This document shows positions 37,373-45,542 of a stretch of DNA of 64,000 nt, one piece after another. A program made the translations under genes and the position numbers. Source of the DNA: Planctomycetaceae bacterium (GTDB lineage Bacteria > Planctomycetota > Planctomycetia > Planctomycetales > Planctomycetaceae); contig JBIIIF010000003.1 of NCBI GenBank assembly GCA_044235005.1, positions 5,792 to 69,791 of the forward strand, in the 5' to 3' direction. Every line of letters starts with the position of its first letter. Within the stretch, counting starts at the first letter, position 1. The notes under the pieces are model-generated. The model was not told where the DNA came from. It ran no database searches and worked only from the letters and a program-made list of their open reading frames with translations.

Positions 37373-38167
37373 TCACCCATCAATCAGCCACGTCCTTCCG
37401 AAGTACCAGACCGTCAGAACGACCCCGATACAGATCACCACACGGCGAATGATCTTCTTGTCGAGCTTGCGAGCCCATGAGGCACCCAGCCAGCCGCCGA
37501 GCATCGCTGAAGCGATCATCGGAATGGCTAACGCCCAGTTGACTTTACCTGTGCCGACAAACACAACGACAGACACACCATTGATCAGTCCGGCCAGTAC
37601 GGTCTTGAGACCATTGACATGATGAATGTTGCCGAGATTTAGCAGACTGAGCGAACTCAGCATCAGGATCCCGATACCTGCTCCAAAGTATCCGCCGTAG
37701 ATTCCAATAACCAATTGCAGAACGAAAACCAGCCATTGTGAACGCTGACTGCGGCCTGCCAATGAGGATTCCGCCGGAGCTTTCGGGGTCAGGCGAGGTT
37801 GCAAAATGAAGAGCAGCGTCGCCAGAGCGATCAGCCATGGGACCAGGGCCTTGAACGAAGACTCCGGAGCCAGCACAACGATCGTTGAACCGGCAATACC
37901 TCCCAGAATACTGGGGATGGCGAGCCAGCGAACCCAGTCCCACATCTGGTTCAGTTCGCGTCGATAACCCCACGATCCCGAAAATGCGCCGGGGCAAAGA
38001 GCGACAGTGTTTGTCGCGTTAGCGATGATTGCAGCTCCGGGAGCGTTGCCCAGCGCCCACATCAATGCCGGAAAAGTGACCAATGTGCCTCCGCCGGCGA
38101 CGGAATTGATCGCTCCGCCGATGGCCGCCGCCGGGCACAGTATGAGATAGGTCTGCCAGAGTTCCAT
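37373..38167 (-). CDS. sulfite exporter TauE/SafE family membrane protein
   Basis: 264 aa, 7-8 hydrophobic helices, Gly-rich motifs (SVAGGGTLVTFPAL, GGYFGAGIGILML). Confidence 0.9.
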   Translation of the reverse strand: MELWQTYLILCPAAAIGGAINSVAGGGTLVTFPALMWALGNAPGAAIIANATNTVALCPGAFSGSWGYRRELNQMWDWVRWLAIPSILGGIAGSTIVVLAPESSFKALVPWLIALATLLFILQPRLTPKAPAESSLAGRSQRSQWLVFVLQLVIGIYGGYFGAGIGILMLSSLSLLNLGNIHHVNGLKTVLAGLINGVSVVVFVGTGKVNWALAIPMIASAMLGGWLGASWARKLDKKIIRRVVICIGVVLTVWYFGRTWLIDG

Positions 38168-38230
38168 GGACGCAATCTATTCTTCGGGCGGCAAAACTGG
38201 GGCTTGGTGTTCGCGGAATCGATCATTTAG
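38168..38230 (-). repeat. dispersed intergenic repeat, copy C (abuts the TauE start codon)
   Basis: Minus strand reads ctaaatgatcgattccgcgaacaccaagccccagttttgccgcccgaagaatagattgcgtcc, followed directly by ATG of the TauE/SafE gene. Confidence 0.75.
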
Positions 38231-39118
38231 ACCATGACCTCAATCGTGGCTAAGCACAGAATAGTTCAGCAGACGATGCATCGCAAATCGCAGTGACAGG
38301 CTTCGTTGAGCTCGATGGTGTCACCGCAGACGGTTGCCAAAGTAGGTTCGCTCTGGCGAGTCTTTATGCCACAACCAACGGATGTGTCGGGGATCAATCG
38401 TAACTGGCCCTGAAGGTGCCTTCCTACGCAGGTTGCATTGGAGCCGTTGCGATGAAAACTCGCGACCACTGTCGCGGCTTCTTGTTGAAAAATCTGTCGT
38501 CGTTTCGAATGCGTATTCCGACAGCTGTTTACGGCGGCGAGTAACCTTGCGAAATTGGCCTTCTGACCGCGTGAGCATACCGGACCGGAGCAGGGCAAGG
38601 GGGCTTCTGTTTTGGCAAAGATCGTGACGACCGTTGCTATCAAAAAAGTCTGTTGTCATCGACGTGAGTCCACTTGCTGACACTTCCACGGAGTGGGATT
38701 ATGCTGCAGGCACAAGAAGCCTCAGTGATGACTTTTTTTTGATGCCGAGGTTCTCTGAAACTTGAACGTGCAAACATGAGTTTCTTGTTGCTTCGCGACG
38801 CAGCCGATGCAGGCTGTGCCACCCAGCGGAGAAGCGGAGTGCGATCAGGGGTACTTGGTCAAAAAGGAGACGTGTTCTGCGAACGTTCGCACACAGTGTG
38901 CTTTATCAGCCAGATGTGAGTCGTCCGGCACGTTAAGTTTCCACCACTGATGCTGCTCATTCGCCGCTTTTTCTGCAGAATTGCGTCGGGTGTCTCAGTC
39001 TGTGGGATCTGCGTGCCACGGATTGATTTTTGCTGCTCTTCAGAGTGGTCGCAGTTCAATAGAGGCATCCGTCAATAAGGTGACTCCTTTTCATCATCTG
39101 CAATCCGGGGAGACAGCA

Positions 39119-39829
39119 ATGCCACGTGTCCTGATCTGGGACTTTCCGACGCGAATCTTTCACTGGTTGCTCACAATTGGCTTCTTCGTTTCGGCAACCA
39201 TCTCGCTTGCTGCGGATGACGACGGTCCCTTGTTTTCGGTACACATGATCATCGGAATCATGCTGGGAGTGCTGGTTCTTCTGCGAATCGTTTGGGGTTT
39301 CGTTGGGACGCGATATGCTCGGTTCAGTTCGTTTCTGATTAGCCCGCAGTCTCTGTTGAGGTATCTCTTCGGGGCAATGAATGGTTCGGCGACTCGATCC
39401 ATCGGGCATAATGCAGGGTCAAGCTATGGCATCTTCACAATGCCTGGGCTCGTGCTGATGACGGGCGTCACAGGATTGATGATCTCCAATGGGAATGAAG
39501 CGGCTGAAGAACTGCATGAGGTCGCGTCATATTTGCTGATGGCTGTTGTCGCCGTCCACATCGTCGGTGTAGTATGGTATTCGTTTCGACATAAAGAGAA
39601 CATCACGTTCAGCATGCTGACGGGCCACAAAGAGGCGTCCGCTGATGAAGCGATTCGCTCCAGTCACCCGAAACTCGGAATCGTCTTTTTGGTGTTGATC
39701 AGCCTCCTGACCGTGCAACTGTTCCAGAACTATGACAGGGCAGCCGCGACAACCACATTTCCCGGACTGGGAATCACGATTCCTCTTGGAGGATCTGAAG
39801 GCTCCGAAGGTGGGGGCGATGATGATTGA
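39119..39829 (+). CDS. cytochrome b561 / Ni-Fe-hydrogenase-type b cytochrome family membrane protein
   Basis: ATG 39119 (RBS GGGGAG) gives MPRVLIWDFPTRIFHWLLTIGFF. Four helices carry conserved His residues (FHW, VHMIIG, ELHEV, VHIVG). The ORF track opens at 38981. Confidence 0.85.
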   Translation: MPRVLIWDFPTRIFHWLLTIGFFVSATISLAADDDGPLFSVHMIIGIMLGVLVLLRIVWGFVGTRYARFSSFLISPQSLLRYLFGAMNGSATRSIGHNAGSSYGIFTMPGLVLMTGVTGLMISNGNEAAEELHEVASYLLMAVVAVHIVGVVWYSFRHKENITFSMLTGHKEASADEAIRSSHPKLGIVFLVLISLLTVQLFQNYDRAAATTTFPGLGITIPLGGSEGSEGGGDDD

Positions 39830-39854
39830 GCAGTCATGGCTTGAATAATGTCTC

Positions 39855-41120
39855 ATGGTCGATGAGCGAGAAAAACTAATGGCGACATTGCCGATCTTTG
39901 AAGACCTGGGCATTTCGCTTCTGCTGGGATTACTGGTCGGCTTGCAGCGACAGCACGTCCTTGCGCCGCTGGGAGGTATCCGCACATTTCCTCTTGTCAC
40001 GGTTTTCGGCACCGTCTGCGCACTTTTGGCCGGGACATTCGGTGGCTGGGTTGTTGGTGCTGGACTTGTGGGTGTCGTTGCGACTGCAATCTCCGGACGA
40101 GTGACACAACAGGATCGCGGCGATGATCATACTGGGCTCACGACAGCGGTGGCTATGCCGCTGATGTACGCTGTCGGAGCCTACCTTGTGAATGGCGACT
40201 GGTCCGTTGCCGTGGCTGTTGGCGGAACCGTTGCCGTCCTTCTGGAAATGAAGCTTGAGCTGCACGGAATTGTCGCGAAACTGGGCGATGCAGACATCAA
40301 GGCCATTATGCAGTTCGTGTTGATCTCATTCATCATCCTGCCGGTGCTGCCAAATCAGAATTACGGCTGGTACGACGTCCTGAATCCGCGTGAGATATGG
40401 TGGATGGTCGTTCTCGTTGTCGGCATGAGTCTGGGCGGTTACATCGTCTGGAAGTTCTTTGGCCAGCACGCTGGCAATGTTCTGGGAGGCATCCTCGGCG
40501 GTACAATTTCCAGCACAGCCACAACCGTGAGTTTCGCCAGGCGTTCCCGGCTGGCACCTTCCTCCGTGCGAGCCGCTTCCGCAGTGATCATGATTTCTAC
40601 CACTGTCAGCCTGGTTCGTGTTGCCATCGAAATGGCCGTAGTTGGACAGGACGCCATGCGGAAGGCCGTTGTGCCAATGGCGGTACTGATTCTGAGCGGA
40701 TTGCTGCTTTGCCTTGGGGAGTGGTTTGGATCGCGGAAAGAAACCGAAGCCGTTTCCCAACAAACGAATCCCACCGAGCTGAAATCAGCCCTCATTTTCG
40801 GAACGCTCTACGCGATCATCCTGTTCGCCGTCGCCGCGGCAAAAATCCACTTCGAAAGAACCGGTCTGTTCGTAGTCGCCGGGCTCTCCGGGCTGACGGA
40901 TATGGACGCGATCACTCTGTCAACGTCTCGCATGGTATCAGCTGGCAGGCTCACGGCTGACACTGGCTGGAAAGTGATCGTCTCCGCCGTGATGGCAAAC
41001 CTGATCTTCAAAGCTGCAATCGTTGCCATGCTCGGACATCGGAAGCTGTTTGTTCGAGTCGCCATTCTGTTCGGAATTCTGGTCATCGTCGGTGGTGTTC
41101 TGATCGCAGTCCTTCCGTGA
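39855..41120 (+). CDS. MgtC/SapB family plus DUF4010 membrane protein
   Basis: 421 aa (alternative ATG 39879: MATLPIFEDLGISLLLGLLVGLQRQ). MgtC-like N-terminal helices followed by a DUF4010-type polytopic C-terminus. Confidence 0.85.
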   Translation: MVDEREKLMATLPIFEDLGISLLLGLLVGLQRQHVLAPLGGIRTFPLVTVFGTVCALLAGTFGGWVVGAGLVGVVATAISGRVTQQDRGDDHTGLTTAVAMPLMYAVGAYLVNGDWSVAVAVGGTVAVLLEMKLELHGIVAKLGDADIKAIMQFVLISFIILPVLPNQNYGWYDVLNPREIWWMVVLVVGMSLGGYIVWKFFGQHAGNVLGGILGGTISSTATTVSFARRSRLAPSSVRAASAVIMISTTVSLVRVAIEMAVVGQDAMRKAVVPMAVLILSGLLLCLGEWFGSRKETEAVSQQTNPTELKSALIFGTLYAIILFAVAAAKIHFERTGLFVVAGLSGLTDMDAITLSTSRMVSAGRLTADTGWKVIVSAVMANLIFKAAIVAMLGHRKLFVRVAILFGILVIVGGVLIAVLP

Positions 41121-41451
41121 GGCGTGGACTGAAGACTCCCGCATTGCTGAATTTTCACCAGCTGTTGGGGTTTTGCCAGAGTAACCATGTACGCGGCGAA
41201 CACCGATCCAAATTAAAGCGTTCGCGACGGCACGACCGGAGTCAGACAACAAGGTGTTGACGTAGTGCCAGTCTGATTCATGTCCCCCGCAACTCGATGA
41301 TCCAAGCTGCTCCGGTCACATCGCCCGGAGTTGAGAAGAATGCGGTTAATCGTAAAGAATCTATCATGGGACAATCGGGTTTATGTCAAGTAAACTGCTC
41401 CGCCATGTCTTCATTCTGCTCGGTAACTTCCGTGAATCACTGAGGAGGCGA

Positions 41452-42735
41452 TCACTTGCTTCCGATTGCATACAGAGTTTTGCTCGATCGGATGAACAGC
41501 GTTCCGTCAGCCAAAGCAGGTGTTGACCAGAATCGAACATTTTCAGACACAGGCAATACATTTTTTTCGACCACATCGAGCGTTCGACCGGACTGCATTA
41601 CGAACGTCTGCCCACTGGCGTCGAGACAATAGATCTTTCCTTGATTCGACCACGGCGAAGCCCAGAATTCCCCCGCTTCCGGAATACGGCCCTGCGTCAC
41701 CAGGACACCCGTTGCTGCATCCACGATCTTGGCCTTGCCGCCTCGTCCCTCGAGCAGATAAATCATTCCGTCAACGATCAATGGTGATGCTCGGTTCGGG
41801 CCAAATTCGCCCGTGTTCCATGCCACCAGAGACGCTGGATCACCACTGCGAGCCGACGACAATTGTTCGTCGGTACCACTTTTGATCGCATAGAAACTGG
41901 TGCCGCCACGACCGCTGCGTCCCACCACCAGCAAATCGCCGCTGGCTGTTGGTGTCGCGTTGAGTCCGCCGTTGCCAATGTCGACCTGCCACAGCAAGTT
42001 GCCTGTGTTGGGATCATACGATCTTACCTTTGCGCCGCCGGTGACGAGTTCTTTGCGATGACTGTTTTCCCAGATGATCGCCGATCCCCAGTTGGACCGC
42101 TCATCGCGAGCTTGACGCCAGACTTCATCGCCGGTGCTGATATCGATCGCGACGACAAAGGAAGCCTCTTCGTTGTCGACCTGAACGAAGACTTTACCAT
42201 CAAGGATGGTTGGCGAACTGGATGTTCCCCAATCCTGAGCCATCGGATGAAGTCCCAGATCTTTCTTCCAGATCATTGTTCCGTCGAGGTCGTAGCAGAA
42301 CATTCCCATCATGCCGAAGTAGGCGACGACATACTTCCCATCACTGACCGGCGTTTCAGATGCATAGGTGTTGTCCCGATGAGTCTCAAGGCGAGGCTTG
42401 CCTTCGAGAGCCGTTTTTGTCCACAGCACTTTTCCGGTTTTCGAGTCCAGACACAGAACCTCCCAGCGATAATCGCTCGTCGGGTTTTGCGGTCCTTCGG
42501 TCACCGCCGTCGTCACAAAGAGTTTGTCGCCGATCACGATCGGGCTGGACCAGCCAGCGCCAGGGATGTCCGTTTGCCACAGCACGTTTTCATTCTCGCT
42601 CCAACTGGTGGGTGCATTCGTGTCATTGGTCACACCGTTGGCATTCGGCCCACGGAACTGTCGCCAGTCCGCCGCTCCACTGGCCGACGGAAAGAGGATG
42701 AAGATCAAATACAGAGCAATTCCTGAGCGAAGCAT
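41452..42735 (-). CDS. secreted PQQ-like/BamB-type beta-propeller repeat protein
   Basis: ATG 42735 gives the signal peptide MLRSGIALYLIFILFPSASGAADWRQFRGPNANG. The longer track ORF (to 42948) would overlap the upstream gene. Repeated blade motifs throughout. Confidence 0.88.
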   Translation of the reverse strand: MLRSGIALYLIFILFPSASGAADWRQFRGPNANGVTNDTNAPTSWSENENVLWQTDIPGAGWSSPIVIGDKLFVTTAVTEGPQNPTSDYRWEVLCLDSKTGKVLWTKTALEGKPRLETHRDNTYASETPVSDGKYVVAYFGMMGMFCYDLDGTMIWKKDLGLHPMAQDWGTSSSPTILDGKVFVQVDNEEASFVVAIDISTGDEVWRQARDERSNWGSAIIWENSHRKELVTGGAKVRSYDPNTGNLLWQVDIGNGGLNATPTASGDLLVVGRSGRGGTSFYAIKSGTDEQLSSARSGDPASLVAWNTGEFGPNRASPLIVDGMIYLLEGRGGKAKIVDAATGVLVTQGRIPEAGEFWASPWSNQGKIYCLDASGQTFVMQSGRTLDVVEKNVLPVSENVRFWSTPALADGTLFIRSSKTLYAIGSK

Positions 42736-42859
42736 GCGAACTTCCTGACACAAGATCCGAATTCGATCTGACGTTGATCTTTTCAGATCGGTATGGAATC
42801 GGGTTTGGGAGTGATCATCATAACCGGCCGGCCGGAAGATTGCATGACCGGGCGTGACG

Positions 42860-43822
42860 TTATGCTTCGGAAGAGATCCACTTGTAGCCACGAGCCGCGT
42901 TCTTTGAACAGAACTTTTCGGTCGCCTCGTCGCCTCGTTCAGCCGCATATTCCATTACGATTCTCTGCAGCGTTTCGTAGTCTGCGGCATTCTCGGAAAC
43001 CGGCCAGTTGCTCCCGTAGATGACTCGATCATCGCCAAAGGCATTCCACACGACGTCAATATAGGGCTTGTAAAAGCTCATCTCTGCAGGAGCCTTTTGT
43101 CCATCACGTGATGCTCCTTCGACCAGTGCCGAAATCTTGCAGAACACATTGGCGTGCTTCGCCGCTGCCTCGATTCCAGCTTTCCAGTCGGCAGGTGGAG
43201 GATCGGCCGTAATGCGCACATTACCGATATGGTTCTGCACGATTCTGAGTTTGGGAAGTTTTTCAGCCAGCCTGGCCACGATGCCTGGAGTATCCGGGCC
43301 TCCGTTCACATCCAATGACAGATCATGATCAATCATCTTTTTGAGATCATCCAGTGATGAAGAGTTCAACAGGTCAGTCACTGTTTTCGAAGAAACCCGA
43401 ATGCCACGGAACAGAGGATTTCTGGCGAAGCGATCAAGGTGTCCGGCGAACTCATCTGTCCCCGGCATCAGGTTTCCGACGATGCCAACGATGAACGGAT
43501 CGTCTTTGGCGAGGTCCAATAACCAGGCGTTGTCTTCAACCAGAGGGCTGGCTTCAACGATCACGGTGCCAGTAATCCTGCGATACTGTTTCAATTCCCG
43601 CAAATGTTGTGGAAGTACCGTTCGATACAGTGATGAACCGGGAGATGGCCATGGAACCCCTTCTGGACGCGTCGGGTCATAAAAATGAGTATGGCAGTCT
43701 ATGATCTCCAGTTCCCTGGGTTGATCCACTGAGTTTGCGTCGGCACCATTCATTGACGCGGCAGCAACGACGCTCAGGCTGGTACCAAGAAATGTTCGTC
43801 GAGGAAACATGGGACCTGGCAT
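42860..43822 (-). CDS. amidohydrolase-2 family metal-dependent hydrolase with Tat-like signal
   Basis: 320 aa. N-terminus FPRRTFLGTSLSVVAAAS, metal-binding DCHTHFYDP, and a TIM-barrel hydrolase body. Confidence 0.88.
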   Translation of the reverse strand: MPGPMFPRRTFLGTSLSVVAAASMNGADANSVDQPRELEIIDCHTHFYDPTRPEGVPWPSPGSSLYRTVLPQHLRELKQYRRITGTVIVEASPLVEDNAWLLDLAKDDPFIVGIVGNLMPGTDEFAGHLDRFARNPLFRGIRVSSKTVTDLLNSSSLDDLKKMIDHDLSLDVNGGPDTPGIVARLAEKLPKLRIVQNHIGNVRITADPPPADWKAGIEAAAKHANVFCKISALVEGASRDGQKAPAEMSFYKPYIDVVWNAFGDDRVIYGSNWPVSENAADYETLQRIVMEYAAERGDEATEKFCSKNAARGYKWISSEA

Positions 43823-43859
43823 GGCATATCTTTCGGTAGAGAGGCTAATGCTCTGTCGG

Positions 43860-43940
43860 GCTCAGAAAAGGGGTCAGGAACCAATAGCCAAATGGCCGAA
43901 GGGTGCTGCGCACTATTGGTTCCTGACCCCTTTTCTGAGC
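43860..43940. repeat. 81-bp perfect inverted repeat (28-bp arms, 25-nt loop)
   Basis: gctcagaaaaggggtcaggaaccaatag (43860-43887) is the exact reverse complement of ctattggttcctgaccccttttctgagc (43913-43940). The loop is ccaaatggccgaagggtgctgcgca. Confidence 0.9.
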
Positions 43941-44100
43941 ACTGTACTCAAAGCGGAGTTGTAGCCAATTCTTGCGAAATGCGGAGCCATCAGGCTTAGA
44001 AGCACTAACAACACCGGGACAGGCACCCTGCGGTTGTTGTTTCTTCCAGCGTTTTCCGAGATGGCCTGAAGCCAGTCCCGGTTTTGTCAGGCGTTCTTGC

Positions 44101-44892
44101 TCACTGCATCAGGATGCATTTCAGCTCGGCCGCAGCGACGGCGTCCTTGAGAATTCCGGAATGTGTAGCTTTGACAAGTCTCTCGGTGCTGACATCGGGG
44201 CGATGAGCACTAACAATCGGAACGACACCGTCGCCAATCAATCCATCTGGCGACTGATAGCCCGTGCCGATGATGGAATGCGTGACGACCATGTCAGAAT
44301 ATCTCAGAGCGTTTGAGGATCTGATGATTGGGTTTCCGGGGATCAGGTGATCGAGACTGGTTGGCGGTGTTGGCCCCGGATTTCGAAAGAGTCCCGGGTT
44401 GCCTCGAATCAGTCTGCGATACTCGACTAGTGTGCGGTCAGGAATATTGATCAGCAATCGTCCCAGTCGGCCCAATGGTTGTTGCGTCCAGTCTGAACCC
44501 TGGTGTGGTGTGGCCATGTAGACAACTCGTTTCACATGAGGCACAGGTTGAAACAGAAATGCGGAAACCGTCTCATCCGGAATCGGGCCTGTGTTGATCG
44601 CCTCATTTAATGGGACGTCGGAGATTGCTCGCCAAAGTTTATCATCGCTGTAACTCACTTGAAGCTTTGCCAGCAGACCTCCCATGCTGTGGCCTACCAG
44701 CACCATTTGATCAAGTGCAATATCGCTCTGCGCGGGATCAACCACCGCTCGAGTTGTCAGAATCTCCCGTCGAAGGTCGGCTGCTGTTCTGAGATAAGAG
44801 ACACCGGTCGGATACTGATAGACCCAGATTTGGTATCTGGAGGCAATCACCGGATCTGCGTTGAAGTGATCCACCATCTCCTGCCATGTCAA
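44101..44892 (-). CDS. alpha/beta hydrolase (PGAP1/DUF676-like esterase-lipase); the true N-terminus probably extends to about 45144
   Basis: Nucleophile elbow VLVGHSMGG. The track ORF starts at TTG 44892, but the frame stays open upstream. There it encodes IPLILIHGL (oxyanion region) and a lipoprotein signal QKRNQLLLAIFLLIGVSGC, with no ATG/GTG/TTG. Confidence 0.85.
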   Translation of the reverse strand: MTWQEMVDHFNADPVIASRYQIWVYQYPTGVSYLRTAADLRREILTTRAVVDPAQSDIALDQMVLVGHSMGGLLAKLQVSYSDDKLWRAISDVPLNEAINTGPIPDETVSAFLFQPVPHVKRVVYMATPHQGSDWTQQPLGRLGRLLINIPDRTLVEYRRLIRGNPGLFRNPGPTPPTSLDHLIPGNPIIRSSNALRYSDMVVTHSIIGTGYQSPDGLIGDGVVPIVSAHRPDVSTERLVKATHSGILKDAVAAAELKCILMQ

Positions 44893-45184
44893 CGCATCGG
44901 ACGCGAGTCCGTGGATGAGGATCAGCGGAATTCGACCGGGCTGATAAGTTTGAAGCAGGAAAAGTCCAGACGCATTAAACTGTGACGGGTTTCGAAAGGC
45001 TGTCCAGTATTCTCTGCCCGGTGGCAGGACGCGGCCATCTAAAGTGCGCGCGGCCTGGAACGCGGGCGGCAGCGACGGCTGAACGCAGCCACTGACACCA
45101 ATCAGCAGGAATATGGCCAGCAGGAGCTGGTTTCTTTTTTGCGTCCTTGCGAAAACGGCAGCCCCCTCCGATCAATGCTCTGCA

Positions 45185-45237
45185 CTGATTTATTCTTCGC
45201 GGCCAGGATTAAGGCTGGTTTCTGGCGGCATCCCGTG
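45185..45237 (-). repeat. dispersed intergenic repeat, diverged copy H
   Basis: Minus strand reads cacgggatgccgccagaaaccagccttaatcctggccgcgaagaataaatcag. It is roughly two-thirds identical to copy C by hand alignment, with the same block order, and lies about 40 nt upstream of the hydrolase lipoprotein reading frame. Confidence 0.5.
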
Positions 45238-45542
45238 AACGCCGGGCCTCATTTCATACCGTGCGGAGATATAGTCAAAGCGATCATTCATCCGGGCACT
45301 TTATTCGAAATGGGCAATTTCAGAGAAGTTGAGTTTACGATTATGCGGATCCGGGCGTCGCAACGACCGAAGATCTGCGTTTCAACTGCTCAGCGAGAGC
45401 GCTATCCATGTTTGGCACAGCATGGAATCATGGTAAGCGATAAATCCTGATTAAGGGGGCAGCCTTGACGTAACTGCTTCCCGGGTAAGGCTTCAAGCCA
45501 ATTTGCCGGAAGTCGGAAATCCATTGGGTTCTGAAGCTGGCG

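Noticed and set aside
45190-45291. 33-aa minus-strand ORF (MNDRFDYISARYEMRPGVHGMPPETSLNPGREE), considered as a possible immunity gene. Also considered: a 40-aa ORF at 45398..45520.
   Set aside because: The 3' half of the 33-aa ORF is the diverged copy H of the dispersed repeat. Neither ORF has an RBS, a TM segment or a signal peptide. Both are too weak to call.
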